NCBI GenBank assembly: GCA_009782505.1
Contig: WRIW01000002.1
Coordinates: forward strand, 57,360-121,359
DNA from: Clostridiales bacterium
Lineage (GTDB): Bacteria > Bacillota > Peptococcia > DRI-13 > UBA5745
Length of the DNA: 64,000 nucleotides
Direction of reading: 5' to 3'
Shown here: positions 45,572-55,831 of the stretch, in pieces
Position numbering within the stretch: the stretch's first letter is position 1
Layout of the letters: each line of letters opens with the position of its first letter
Translations under genes and position numbers: made by a program
Notes under the pieces: model-generated
Database searches by the model: none
Seen by the model: only the letters and a program-made list of their open reading frames with translations
What the model was told of the DNA's origin: nothing

Positions 45572-46390
45572 ATGGATGACTTGGGCCACAGTTATTCGGT
45601 TATTCTGAAAGGTGACGACGGCGAATCCCTCCTGGCCGAAGCGCGGCGCATGGCTTCGGCGCTCGTCTGCCGGGAGACGGAGCCAGCCCGCAGGCCCTGC
45701 GGGTCGTGCCCGGGCTGCCGGCAGGTCGCGGCAGGGGCGTATCCTTATCTCTTTGAGATCGCTCCCCAGGGCGCGGCCAATCGGATACGCATCAGCCAGA
45801 TCCGCGAGCTGCAGGCCATGCTGGCTAGCAAGGCAGGCGAGGGGCAGGCCCGGGTAGCGGTATTTCTCGACGCGCACCGCATGGGGGAGGAAAGCCAAAA
45901 CTGTTTGCTGAAGACCCTGGAGGAACCGCCGCCGGATACCTTGCTTCTCCTGCTCACGGGTAAGCCCGAGGAGCTGCTGCCTACGGTACGTTCCCGTTGC
46001 CAGGTCATCGATCTGGGAAGCGCGGGGCGCGCGCCGGACGTCTCAGACCGGGAGCTGGTCATAGACGTACTGAAGGACGTCGCCGCCCGGGGGTATGCCG
46101 CTGTGTTTGACAAAGCCCTTTTTGTGGAGGAAAGCAGGAAAAAAGCGGCGCCGGCGTTTTTGGGCGCTTTCGAGTATCTGATGCGAAACGCCACGGTCGC
46201 GGCCATGGGGGGACCGGCCGGCAAGGAAGCATACCGGCTTACCGCCGACGGAGAGACTTTTTTAAAAGCGCTGAAGCACATATGGAAAGCGGGGTATCTG
46301 CTGGAACGAAATGTTAACCCCTTGCTGGTTTTGGAAAACTTGTTTCTCCAGATAAAAAAACTAAATATCCGGGTTGAGGAAAGGGATTGA
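45572..46390 (+). CDS. holB: DNA polymerase III subunit delta prime
   Basis: CGSCPGCRQV zinc module, LLKTLEEPP, SRC sensor motif (VRSRCQVI). Confidence 0.85.
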   Translation: MDDLGHSYSVILKGDDGESLLAEARRMASALVCRETEPARRPCGSCPGCRQVAAGAYPYLFEIAPQGAANRIRISQIRELQAMLASKAGEGQARVAVFLDAHRMGEESQNCLLKTLEEPPPDTLLLLLTGKPEELLPTVRSRCQVIDLGSAGRAPDVSDRELVIDVLKDVAARGYAAVFDKALFVEESRKKAAPAFLGAFEYLMRNATVAAMGGPAGKEAYRLTADGETFLKALKHIWKAGYLLERNVNPLLVLENLFLQIKKLNIRVEERD

Positions 46391-47195
46391 TTATTTGACA
46401 GAAGTAGTAGGCGTTCGATTTAAATCACTGGGGAAAATATACTATTTCGACCCCGAGGACAATACGATCCCCGCCGGTACGGACGTAGTGGTGGAGACGG
46501 CCCGGGGCCTGGAGTACGGCAAAGCCGTGATCGGCAACCGGGAGGTAGAGGAGAGGACCGTCGTACAGCCCCTGAGGAAGGTGACCAGGGTGGCGACGGA
46601 CGAGGATAAAGACAAGATGCTGGCTGTGCGGGAGAAGGAAGAGCAGGCGCGCGCCGTCTGCCTGGAGAAGATCGCCCAAAGGGAGCTGCCCATGAAGCTG
46701 GTGGAAGTGGAGTATTCCTTTGACGGCAGCAAGGTCTTATTTTATTTCACCGCGGAGGGCAGGGTCGACTTCAGGGAGCTGGTCAAGGATCTGGCTTCCG
46801 TGTTTAAAACGAGGATAGAGCTGCGGCAGATCGGCGTCAGAGACGAAGCGAAGATGCTGGGCGGCCTGGGATCCTGCGGCAGGGAGCTTTGCTGCGCGTC
46901 GTTTCTCAGCGACTTTGAGCCCGTCTCCATCCGCATGGCGAAGGAGCAGAACCTTTCCCTGAACCCCAGCAAGATATCCGGCATATGCGGCCGGCTGATG
47001 TGCTGCCTGAAGTACGAAAGCCAAGGTTATGAGAATACCAAAAAGAACAAGGCGGACAAGAACCAGGAAAAAGCAGCCGCCCCTGCCGAAGACAGCCCCA
47101 TGGAAGGGGTGTACGACGTGGAATTCCTGACGGAGGAAGACCTTAAAGATTTCCCTGAGCTGCGTGAGGTCATGAAGGAAGATGAGGGGCAGTAG
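46374..47195 (+). CDS. ricT: PSP1-domain protein RicT (YaaT)
   Basis: The pattern VVGVRFKSLGKIYYFDP... and the Cys-rich CGRELCCASF..CGRLMCCL follow. The start is ATG 46374 or TTG 46395. Confidence 0.85.
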   Translation: MRKGIDYLTEVVGVRFKSLGKIYYFDPEDNTIPAGTDVVVETARGLEYGKAVIGNREVEERTVVQPLRKVTRVATDEDKDKMLAVREKEEQARAVCLEKIAQRELPMKLVEVEYSFDGSKVLFYFTAEGRVDFRELVKDLASVFKTRIELRQIGVRDEAKMLGGLGSCGRELCCASFLSDFEPVSIRMAKEQNLSLNPSKISGICGRLMCCLKYESQGYENTKKNKADKNQEKAAAPAEDSPMEGVYDVEFLTEEDLKDFPELREVMKEDEGQ

Positions 47196-47198
47196 CCG

Positions 47199-47501
47199 AT
47201 GAACCTTAGCGAGAGGCTCGACCATATAGAAAAAGGCCAGCGCGCGCTGCAGGAGGAGATACAGCAGGTCAGGCGGGAAGCGGGGCTGTTGGAAGAGGAA
47301 AACCAACGGCTAAGGCGCCAGCTTTGCCAGGTCGGTGACGGCGATTATCAGCAGGTGACCGCCAACGGGGTCAGGATACAGCAAACCGCCAGGGAGAATC
47401 TTGAGAAGCTTTACCTGGAGGATTTCCATATATGCCACCTTTTCTTTGGGCAGGAAAGGAAAGGCGAGTGCCTGTTTTGCCGGGGATTTCTGGAGAAGTG
47501 A
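47199..47501 (+). CDS. yabA: DNA replication initiation control protein YabA
   Basis: 100 aa with an N-terminal coiled coil and a C-terminal Zn-binding CHLFFG..CLFC. Confidence 0.8.
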   Translation: MNLSERLDHIEKGQRALQEEIQQVRREAGLLEEENQRLRRQLCQVGDGDYQQVTANGVRIQQTARENLEKLYLEDFHICHLFFGQERKGECLFCRGFLEK

Positions 47502-48397
47502 AGGATTTTAGCGATATATGGGGCTTTCTGCGGGAAGAGGCGCTGCCGCCCGGGGTACTTCATATCGTAGCGACGCCCATCGGCAATCTTGAGGATATCA
47601 CGCTGAGGGCTCTGCGGGTGCTGGCGGGCGCGGAGCTGATAGCGGCGGAGGATACGCGGCGGACGGGGTTGCTGCTCAAGGCTTATGGCTTGAAGAAGCC
47701 CATGGTGAGCTGCTTTGCCCACAATGAAGAGGCCCAAAGCCGACGTATCGTATCGGCGCTGGCGGAAGGTAAGGCCGTAGCCCTGGTCAGCGACGCGGGC
47801 TTGCCCGGCATATCCGACCCCGGCGCCAGGCTGGTCAGGCAGGCGCTGCAAGCCGGGATAGAGATTTCGGTGATCCCGGGCCCCTCGGCGGGGCTGACGG
47901 CTCTGGCCGCCTCGGGCCTGGATACGGAAGCCTTTGCCTTTGGCGGCTTCATCCCCCGGGACGGCAAAGGCCGTAAAGCCTGGCTTGAGCGCTTTGGCAG
48001 CTTTGCCGGGACGCTGATCGTATACGAAAGCCCAAGAAGGCTGGAAGCGACCTTACTGATGCTGATGGAAGCCTGGGGCGACCGGAAGTGCTGTGTAGCC
48101 AGGGAGCTGACCAAGCGCTATGAGGAATTCATCCGGGGCAGCTTGTCGGAGGTACACGGCAGACTGAGCGGAGCCGGCGGGGTCAAAGGCGAGATCGTCC
48201 TCATCCTGGAAGGCAGGCCCTTTCCCGATAGGGAAAAGCTCAGCCGGGAGGAAGCCTCCGCCCGTGGAGAAGAGCTGGTAGCGGAAGGGCTGGGCATAAA
48301 AGAAGCCAGCCGGCGGCTGGCGGAGGAAAGCGGGATATCCGCGAAGGAATGTTACGCCATGCTGACGAAAGCGTCTGAAGATGCTAAAATGTCTTGA
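47498..48397 (+). CDS. rsmI: 16S rRNA (cytidine1402-2'-O)-methyltransferase RsmI
   Basis: The GTG 47498 start overlaps the yabA stop (GTGA). The sequence [19 protein letters not shown] is typical. The upstream part of the track ORF (from 47432) overlaps yabA. Confidence 0.85.
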   Translation: MKDFSDIWGFLREEALPPGVLHIVATPIGNLEDITLRALRVLAGAELIAAEDTRRTGLLLKAYGLKKPMVSCFAHNEEAQSRRIVSALAEGKAVALVSDAGLPGISDPGARLVRQALQAGIEISVIPGPSAGLTALAASGLDTEAFAFGGFIPRDGKGRKAWLERFGSFAGTLIVYESPRRLEATLLMLMEAWGDRKCCVARELTKRYEEFIRGSLSEVHGRLSGAGGVKGEIVLILEGRPFPDREKLSREEASARGEELVAEGLGIKEASRRLAEESGISAKECYAMLTKASEDAKMS

Positions 48398-48629
48398 TCA
48401 GGCTCTCGGCGCATGACTTACAAACCAGTTTGTTTTGGAAGTGCTGGACATTATTCGCGCTGCCGCAGAATATGCAAGCCGGTTCGTACTTCTTAAGGAT
48501 GATTTTTTCCTCGTCAACATAGATTTCAAGAGCGTCTTTTAAGTCAATCCCGAGTGTGCGCCTTAACTCGATCGGTATCACGACCCGGCCTAACTCATCA
48601 ACTTTTCTTACGATTCCTGTAGACTTCAT
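48384..48629 (-). CDS. abrB: AbrB/SpoVT-family transition-state regulator with C-terminal CxxC..CxxC
   Basis: MKSTGIVRKVDELGRVVIPIELRRTLGI swapped-hairpin domain, with a C-terminal CIFCG...CKSC. Confidence 0.85.
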   Translation of the reverse strand: MKSTGIVRKVDELGRVVIPIELRRTLGIDLKDALEIYVDEEKIILKKYEPACIFCGSANNVQHFQNKLVCKSCAESLIKTF

Positions 48630-48789
48630 TGGATGGACCCCTTTCTAATCCGAAATATAAAGACCTTCCAGTAAAGAATAACAGTACTTCCAATTAAAGT
48701 CAACACTAAAACGGCATTTTTTTTAAAAAAATTGTAAATTTCGACAAAATATTAAATATTACCAATTATGTAATATACAGGAGGATACA

Positions 48790-50331
48790 ATGGACAGGGA
48801 GAGGTTCTACATCACAACGCCGATTTACTACCCCAGCGCCAACGCCCATATCGGGCACGGCCTTACTACGGTGCTGGCGGACGCCATGACCCGGTATAAG
48901 AAAATGAGGGGCTTTGAGACCTGCTTCCTCACGGGCATGGATGAGCATGGGCAAAAGATAGCCAAGGCAGCCGCCCTGGCCGGGAAAACGCCCCAGCGCC
49001 ATGTGGATGATATGGCTGAGATGTGGCAAAACCTCTGGAAAAAACTCAAAATCGAGAATGATATCTTTATCCGCACAACCGAAGAGCGGCACATGGCCGG
49101 CGTGGAGAAGATATTCAATACGATATACGAAAAAGGCGACGTCTACCTCTCCCGTTACCAGGGCTGGTACTGCGTCTCCTGCGAGGCTTACTATACCGAG
49201 CGGCAAGTGGGCAAGGAGCGCATATGCCCCGACTGCGGGAAGGCAGTGGAGGTCATCGAGGAGGAGAGCTATTTCTTCAGGATGTCGAAATATCAGGACG
49301 TTTTACTCAAGCATATCGAGGAGAATCCGGACTTCATACAGCCGGCAAGCCGCCGCAATGAGATGGTCAACTTTGTGAAGAGCGGCCTCGAGGATCTTTG
49401 TATCTCCAGGACTTCTTTTGACTGGGGCATCCCGGTGCCGGTAAACGGGAAGCATGTGATATACGTATGGTTCGACGCCCTGAGCAACTATGTCACAGCC
49501 CTGGGATACGGCTCGGGCGACCTGTCGCTGTACGACGCGTTCTGGCCGGCGGACGTGCATCTGATGGCGAAGGACATCATCCGGTTCCACGCGGTCATCT
49601 GGCCCGTCATCCTGATGGCGGCGGATATCCCTTTGCCGAAAAAGGTCTTCGGCCACGGCTGGGTGATGCTGGACTCCGGCAAGATGTCAAAGTCCACGGG
49701 TAATGTAGTAGACCCTTTGGTATTGATCGAAAAATACGGCGTAGCCGCGGTCCGCTACTTCCTGCTCAGGGACATTCCCAGCGGGCAGGACGGCTACTAT
49801 AGCGAAGACGCGCTGATCCAGCGGATCAACTCGGATCTGGCGAACGACTACGGCAACCTGGTCTCCAGGACAGTGGCTATGGTGGAGAAGTATTTCGACG
49901 GCGAGGCGCCAACCTGTGGGGACGCGCCGCTGCCGGAGCCGGATATGGAGCTGCGCGCGCTGGCGGAAAGCGTAACCGACGAAGCGGCGGAGTATATGGA
50001 GAAACTGGACTTCGCCAATGCGATGACGGCTGTATTCAAGCTGATCAGCAGGGCGAATAAATACATCGACGAGACTGCCCCATGGGTGCTGGCGAAGGAT
50101 CCGGCGATGCGGGATAGGCTTGGCAAGGTGTTGTATCACCTGCTGGAAGCCGTGCGCATCGCCACGCTGCTGCTGGCGCCCGCCATGCCAAATATACCGG
50201 AGCTGGTCTGGGCCCAGATTGGGTACTGGCCGGAGGGCGGGCTGAGCTGGGATCTGCTTGCCTGGGGCGGCACGAAGCAGGGGCAGCGCGTGAGCAAGGG
50301 CGCGGCTCTCTTTCCGCGAATAGACGCTTAG
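48790..50331 (+). CDS. metG: Methionine--tRNA ligase (short form, no C-terminal tRNA-binding domain)
   Basis: HIGH motif (ANAHIGHG), zinc knuckles CVSCEAY..CPDCG, and KMSKS. Confidence 0.95.
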   Translation: MDRERFYITTPIYYPSANAHIGHGLTTVLADAMTRYKKMRGFETCFLTGMDEHGQKIAKAAALAGKTPQRHVDDMAEMWQNLWKKLKIENDIFIRTTEERHMAGVEKIFNTIYEKGDVYLSRYQGWYCVSCEAYYTERQVGKERICPDCGKAVEVIEEESYFFRMSKYQDVLLKHIEENPDFIQPASRRNEMVNFVKSGLEDLCISRTSFDWGIPVPVNGKHVIYVWFDALSNYVTALGYGSGDLSLYDAFWPADVHLMAKDIIRFHAVIWPVILMAADIPLPKKVFGHGWVMLDSGKMSKSTGNVVDPLVLIEKYGVAAVRYFLLRDIPSGQDGYYSEDALIQRINSDLANDYGNLVSRTVAMVEKYFDGEAPTCGDAPLPEPDMELRALAESVTDEAAEYMEKLDFANAMTAVFKLISRANKYIDETAPWVLAKDPAMRDRLGKVLYHLLEAVRIATLLLAPAMPNIPELVWAQIGYWPEGGLSWDLLAWGGTKQGQRVSKGAALFPRIDA

Positions 50332-50413
50332 CAAGCAACGAAGAATAGGCACGCATAGAGGGCAGCCTATAGCAGGCAGCCTGTGACTGGCAAGGCGGCA
50401 TTGCGACGCGGTC

Positions 50414-50518
50414 GCCAAGACAAGCGACGAAATCGCGAGGGAGTGTACTTCTGATGGTACATGACCGAGTAGATTGAGGAAATGGGCGAAGTCAGAAAGG
50501 AAAAAGACAAGTCAGATG
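50414..50518 (+). repeat. Copy B of the ~105-nt conserved leader element (partner at 9554..9659)
   Basis: It has the same GGAGTGTACT-N6-TGGTACATGAC core (50440-50465) with identical spacing, and a purine-rich tail ending at the tatD ATG (50516). Confidence 0.7.
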
Positions 50519-51286
50519 TGGTTTGATACGCATGCTCATGTAGATAGCAAAGACTTTGACGAAGACCGGGCTGAAGTGATTGAAAGGGCGAAGCAAGCGG
50601 GCGTGACCCGTTTCGTCAATGTTGGCTGCAGCCGCGGTTCGGCTAAGCGCACGATGGAGCTGGTGGAGCGGTACGACTTTATCTACGGTACGGTAGGCCT
50701 CCACCCCCATGACGCAAAATCCATGACCGACGAACTTTTGGAAGAGATCAAGGGCTGGGCCGCCCATCCGAAGATCCTTGCCATCGGCGAGATCGGGCTG
50801 GACTTCCACTATGATTATTCCCCCAGGGAAGTCCAGCGGGAGGTCTACCGGCGCCAGATCCGCCTGGCGCTGGACTTGGCTATGCCGGTGGCGATACATG
50901 ACCGGGAAGCCCACAGGGAGTGCTTCGACATCCTGACGGAAGAGGGAGGCTGGGCCAACGGCGGCATCTATCATTGCTACTCCGGAAGCGCCGAAATGGC
51001 GGCGGATATCCTGAAAAATGGCTTTTATATCTCCTTCTCCGGGACGGTGACCTTCAAAAACGCCGATAAGCTCCGCCGCGCCGCCATGGCCGTACCCCTC
51101 GACCGGCTGCTCATCGAGACGGATTGCCCCTATCTCTCGCCCCAGCCGTACCGGGGCAAGCGCAATGAGCCCGCCCATGTGGCGGCTACCGGCAGGGCGC
51201 TGGCGGAGCTGCGAGGCATAAGCCATGAAGAATTCGCGAAGCTCACCTGGGAAAACGCTTGCCGGGCCTACCGGATACAGCAGTAG
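50516..51286 (+). CDS. tatD: TatD family metal-dependent DNase/hydrolase
   Basis: MWFDTHAH start motif. ATG 50516; the track ORF begins at an upstream TTG. Confidence 0.9.
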   Translation: MWFDTHAHVDSKDFDEDRAEVIERAKQAGVTRFVNVGCSRGSAKRTMELVERYDFIYGTVGLHPHDAKSMTDELLEEIKGWAAHPKILAIGEIGLDFHYDYSPREVQREVYRRQIRLALDLAMPVAIHDREAHRECFDILTEEGGWANGGIYHCYSGSAEMAADILKNGFYISFSGTVTFKNADKLRRAAMAVPLDRLLIETDCPYLSPQPYRGKRNEPAHVAATGRALAELRGISHEEFAKLTWENACRAYRIQQ

Positions 51287-51293
51287 GAGCGAT

Positions 51294-51896
51294 ATGGACG
51301 CGGACGCCGGTATATATACAAAGGCGAATAAGGACGACATGCCGATGATACGGGAAGTCGTTGTCGTCGAAGGCAAGGACGACGTGGCTGCGGTAAAGCG
51401 GGCTTGCAAGGCGCAGACTCTAGTCACAAGCGGGCTGGGCATTTCCCGGGAAATGCTCGATGAGATCAGGATGGCGAAAGAGCGTTGCGGCGTCATCGTG
51501 CTGACGGACCCGGACGCCCCGGGCGCGAAGATCCGCCATATCATCGAAGGGGCCGTACCGGGCTGTAAGCACGCGTACCTGTACAGGGATCGCCGGGATA
51601 GGAGCCGGGGGGTGGGGGTGGAGTACGCTTCCCCGGCTGAGATACTTGCGGCGCTCCAGGCGGCGAAAGCCACGCTGGTTGCCAAACGGCAAGAGCTGTT
51701 CACCCAGGCGGACATGCTCGAACTTGGGCTATCCGGAGGATTGGGCGCCCGGGCAAAGAGAGACAGGCTGGCCAGGCGGCTGGGCCTGGGGCAGACCAAC
51801 GGGAAGCAGTTCTTACGCCGGCTCAATGCTTACGGCATAAGCCGGCAGGAGGTATTCACGGCTATACGGGAGATGACCGGCGACGATGACGAATAA
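51294..51896 (+). CDS. rnmV: Ribonuclease M5 (5S rRNA maturase)
   Basis: Toprim N-terminus IREVVVVEGKDDVAAVKRA. The start is ATG 51294 (after AGGAG), or alternatively 51339/51345. Confidence 0.85.
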   Translation: MDADAGIYTKANKDDMPMIREVVVVEGKDDVAAVKRACKAQTLVTSGLGISREMLDEIRMAKERCGVIVLTDPDAPGAKIRHIIEGAVPGCKHAYLYRDRRDRSRGVGVEYASPAEILAALQAAKATLVAKRQELFTQADMLELGLSGGLGARAKRDRLARRLGLGQTNGKQFLRRLNAYGISRQEVFTAIREMTGDDDE

Positions 51897-52758
51897 AGAG
51901 AATACGGCGCTGACGGCTCTGGCCCGTCAGGGCTTCCGTTTTAAAAAGGAATTAGGGCAGAACTTCATATTCAACGCCTTTGTGCTGGAGCAAATGGCCG
52001 ACGCGGCGGGGATAGAGCCGGGCGATACGGTCATCGAAGCCGGGGCGGGGGCGGGAAGCCTGACGGCGGTGCTGGCGGAGAGAGGCGCCAAAGTCATGGC
52101 GATCGAGCTGGACAGGGCCCTCATCCCCTATCTACGGGACAGATTCCGCGATGAACCCTGCGTAGAGATCATACAAGGGGACGTCATGAAGCTGGATTTG
52201 GACGCCCTGGCGGCTACAGGCTCCGGGGCGCCTGGCGGCGCGGCGGCAGCTTATAAAATCTGCGCCAACTTGCCGTACAATATATCCTCCGCGTTTGTCA
52301 CCATGGTCTTCCGGCGTTTGAGAGGGGCCGAAGGGGGCGCCGTCATGCTGCAAAAAGAAGTGGCAGGTAAAGTCACCGCCCAGCCGGGGCAGGATGACTA
52401 CGGGCTGCTGGCCCTGGCCGCCGCCTGGTACGGCGAGGCGAAGCAGGTTATGGTACTTGAGCCGGCTTACTTTACGCCACCGCCCCCCGTGGACTCGGCG
52501 GTGGTCGCCTTTCGCCGCCGGCGCCTGGAGCTGGGCGCGGAAGAAAACGCGTTGTGGCTGGTGATCCGGGGCCTTTTCAACCAGCGGAGGAAAAACCTCT
52601 TAAATGGCTTAAAGTCCCTGGGCGCCTTTACTCCCGCCAATGGCAGGAGTTGGGCCGAGGTCCTGGAGTCGGCCGGTATCGACCACAGACGCAGGCCGGA
52701 AGCGCTGTCCCTGGAAGAATTCGCCGCTATCGCCGCCGCCGCCGGTTATGTCGCTTGA
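51886..52758 (+). CDS. rsmA: 16S rRNA (adenine1518/1519-N6)-dimethyltransferase RsmA/KsgA
   Basis: FKKELGQNFI and the SAM motif VIEAGAGAGSLT. Confidence 0.95.
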   Translation: MTNKENTALTALARQGFRFKKELGQNFIFNAFVLEQMADAAGIEPGDTVIEAGAGAGSLTAVLAERGAKVMAIELDRALIPYLRDRFRDEPCVEIIQGDVMKLDLDALAATGSGAPGGAAAAYKICANLPYNISSAFVTMVFRRLRGAEGGAVMLQKEVAGKVTAQPGQDDYGLLALAAAWYGEAKQVMVLEPAYFTPPPPVDSAVVAFRRRRLELGAEENALWLVIRGLFNQRRKNLLNGLKSLGAFTPANGRSWAEVLESAGIDHRRRPEALSLEEFAAIAAAAGYVA

Positions 52759-52843
52759 TTTGGCGACATTGCGGCGGCATTATATTAATAGTATAATACA
52801 AAGGTTAATAGTCACCGTTCGATGACCGCAAAAGGAGACCTGC

Positions 52844-55831
52844 TTGAAGATCGGCCTGGACATAGGCTCCACCACCGTCAAGTGCGTGGTGCTGGACGCC
52901 ATGGAAGAAATCATATACGAATCCTATGAGCGGCATTATTCGCGGATCACCGGCTGCACAGCGGACCTGCTGAGGCGGCTGACGAAGGAGATGCCGGATC
53001 TCAGGCGCGCCCGGCTGGCTATCTCCGGCTCCGCCGGCATGGGCCTTGCGGAAAGCTGCGCGGTGCCTTTTGTCCAGGAAGTGTTTGGCGCCCGTATAGC
53101 CGCGGGCAAGCTTCTGCCGGCAGCGGATGTGATCATCGAGCTTGGCGGGGAGGACGCGAAGATACTCTTCCTCACCGGCGGGCTGGAAGTCAGGATGAAC
53201 GGCACCTGCGCGGGAGGGACGGGGGCGTTTCTCGACCAGATGGCTACGCTGCTGGAAATCAGCCTGGAAGAAATGAACGAGATGGCGGGCAGGGCGGAAA
53301 GGGAGTACGCCATAGCTTCCCGCTGCGGCGTATTCGCGAAGTCGGATATCCAGCCGCTGCTCAATCAGGGCGCCCTGAAGGAAGACGTGTCGGCAAGTAT
53401 CTTCGCGGCAGTGGTAAGCCAGACTATCACCGGGCTGGCCCAGGGGCGGCCCATCAAGGGGCAGGTCGTCTATCTGGGAGGGCCCCTGACCTTCCTGTCC
53501 CGGCTGCGGGCAAGCTTCGACAAAAGCCTGGAGACGACAGGCATATGCCCCGAGGGATCCCTGTACTATGTGGCCTTGGGGGCGGCGTACTCGGCCGATC
53601 AGCCTCTTGATCTGGCTGAGGTAGCCCGGGCATTGGAGGATTATGGAAACCGCGGGCAGTATGCCTTCATGGCGCCATTGTTCCGCGACGAGGGGGAGTA
53701 CGAAGACTTCCGCAGACGGCACGGGAAGGCGTCGGTAGCCTTCAAGAAGCCGGGGCCGGATACAAAACGCGCGTATTTTGGCGTGGACGCCGGTTCGACG
53801 ACCATCAAAATGGTGATGGCCGACGGGGAAGACAGGATACTCGCAAGCAGCTATCAGACCAACAATGGAAACCCGGTCCAGACGGTACGCGCGTTTCTCC
53901 AGGAGTTCTATGAAGCCTGGCCTCATGTGGAGATCGCCGGCAGCGCGGTCACGGGATACGGGGAAGATATCGTACGCCATGCCTTCCGCGTGGATCACGG
54001 CGTCGTGGAGACGGTGGCGCACTACAAGGCGGCGGCCCTTTTTATGCCGGATGTGGATATCATCATCGACATCGGCGGCCAGGATATCAAATGCTTTAAA
54101 ATCCGAAACGGCGCCATCGACAATATCTTTCTGAATGAGGCCTGCTCTTCCGGCTGCGGCTCTTTTCTCCAGACTTTCGCCAACGCTCTTGGTTATGAAA
54201 CGGAAGAATTCGCACGGCTTGGCCTCTTTGGCCCACGCCCTGTGGATCTGGGCTCCCGGTGTACGGTATTTATGAATTCATTGGTGAAGCAAGCCCAGAA
54301 GGACGGCGCCGACGTCGAGAACATATCCGCGGGGCTGTCCATCAGCGTAGTGAAAAACGCCTTGTATAAAGTGATCCGCCCCGACGCCTCCGAACCATTA
54401 GGCAAGCGCATCGTCGTACAGGGCGGTACCTTCCTGAACGACGGCGTGCTCCGGGCTTTCGAGCAGGAGCTGGATCTGCAGGTGATCCGGCCGGAGATAG
54501 CCGGATTGATGGGCGCGTACGGCGCCGCAATATTTGCCAAAGAGCAAAGATCTGAAAAAGATAAGGGGATACGGGAGGCGTTTGGTACTGCCGACAGGCG
54601 GAGAGGATTGCTGGACCGGGACGAGCTGAAGGGGTTCAAACACGAGACGACGTCGGCCAACTGCGGCATGTGCAGCAACAATTGCCAATTGACAATAAAT
54701 GCTTTCGGGGGAAATCGGCGTTACATCAGCGGAAACCGCTGCTCCCGCCCGGTGACGAATAAGACGAACGACCAAAGCCTCAACCTCTATGCATATAAAC
54801 AGCAGAGGATAGAAGCCTGCCGCGAAGAAGGGCTTAAGCCCGGGGGAGAGGGGAAGGCATATGGCCGCAAGAGGGTAGGCATACCCCTGGGCCTTAATCT
54901 ATATGAGCTTTTGCCATTCTGGCAGGCCTTCTTCAATGCCCTCGGATTCCCCGTCGTCGTATCTCCGCCCTCAAGCAGGGAGCTATATCTGGCGGGGCAA
55001 GCTTCGATACCTTCCGACACCATCTGCTACCCCGCGAAGCTCATGCACGGCCACATACGCTATCTCCTTGAGCAAGGGGCCGACGCGATATTTTACCCCT
55101 GCATGACCTATAACCTCGACGAAGGCCTGGGAGATAACCATTACAATTGCCCGGTGGTGGCGTATTATCCGGAGGTGATCGCCGCCAACGAGCCGGCGGT
55201 GAAAGGGAAGGTATTCCTATATGACTACCTCGGCTTACACAGGCCTAAGGAGTTTGGCGCTGCTATGCGGCGGATACTGGAGGATAAGCTTGGGGAGCGG
55301 TTCAGCCTCCGGCAGGTCGGAGCCGCCCGCGAAAGCGCTTATGCCGCCCTCGGCGCCTATCGGAGGAAGGTAGAGGACAAGGGAATGGAAATCATCGCCA
55401 GGGCGCGTTCGGAGGGACGCCAGATCATCGTCCTGTCGGGGCGGCCCTACCACGTAGACGGCGAGATCAACCACGGCATCGATCGATTGATCGCCGACTT
55501 CGGCGCTGCGGTGGTCACAGAAGACGCGCTGAGCCCCTTGGTAGAGAAAGCGCCCGGCACGGTGCTTAATCAGTGGACTTACCATAGCCGCCTGTACGCG
55601 GCGGCCCACTACGTCGGGACCCAGGAAGATATGAACCTGGTGCAGCTGGTTTCTTTCGGCTGCGGCGTAGACGCTATCACAACAGATGAAGTCCGTGATA
55701 TACTGGAAGAAAGAAATAAGATATATACCCAAATCAAGATCGACGAGATCGCCAACCTGGGCGCGGTGAGGATCAGGCTGAGGAGCCTGCTGGCGGCTAT
55801 CGGAGGAGAAAGAACGGATGAGCAGGACTAG
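52844..55831 (+). CDS. Double BcrAD/BadFG-type activase ATPase fused to a 2-hydroxyacyl-CoA-dehydratase-like N-terminal module
   Basis: TTG start after AGGAG. Two ASKHA ATPase modules (IGLDIGSTTVK; FGVDAGSTTIK), each with cluster-helix Cys residues. A Cys-rich CGMCSNNCQL segment and an HgdB-like domain follow. Confidence 0.75.
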   Translation: MKIGLDIGSTTVKCVVLDAMEEIIYESYERHYSRITGCTADLLRRLTKEMPDLRRARLAISGSAGMGLAESCAVPFVQEVFGARIAAGKLLPAADVIIELGGEDAKILFLTGGLEVRMNGTCAGGTGAFLDQMATLLEISLEEMNEMAGRAEREYAIASRCGVFAKSDIQPLLNQGALKEDVSASIFAAVVSQTITGLAQGRPIKGQVVYLGGPLTFLSRLRASFDKSLETTGICPEGSLYYVALGAAYSADQPLDLAEVARALEDYGNRGQYAFMAPLFRDEGEYEDFRRRHGKASVAFKKPGPDTKRAYFGVDAGSTTIKMVMADGEDRILASSYQTNNGNPVQTVRAFLQEFYEAWPHVEIAGSAVTGYGEDIVRHAFRVDHGVVETVAHYKAAALFMPDVDIIIDIGGQDIKCFKIRNGAIDNIFLNEACSSGCGSFLQTFANALGYETEEFARLGLFGPRPVDLGSRCTVFMNSLVKQAQKDGADVENISAGLSISVVKNALYKVIRPDASEPLGKRIVVQGGTFLNDGVLRAFEQELDLQVIRPEIAGLMGAYGAAIFAKEQRSEKDKGIREAFGTADRRRGLLDRDELKGFKHETTSANCGMCSNNCQLTINAFGGNRRYISGNRCSRPVTNKTNDQSLNLYAYKQQRIEACREEGLKPGGEGKAYGRKRVGIPLGLNLYELLPFWQAFFNALGFPVVVSPPSSRELYLAGQASIPSDTICYPAKLMHGHIRYLLEQGADAIFYPCMTYNLDEGLGDNHYNCPVVAYYPEVIAANEPAVKGKVFLYDYLGLHRPKEFGAAMRRILEDKLGERFSLRQVGAARESAYAALGAYRRKVEDKGMEIIARARSEGRQIIVLSGRPYHVDGEINHGIDRLIADFGAAVVTEDALSPLVEKAPGTVLNQWTYHSRLYAAAHYVGTQEDMNLVQLVSFGCGVDAITTDEVRDILEERNKIYTQIKIDEIANLGAVRIRLRSLLAAIGGERTDEQD

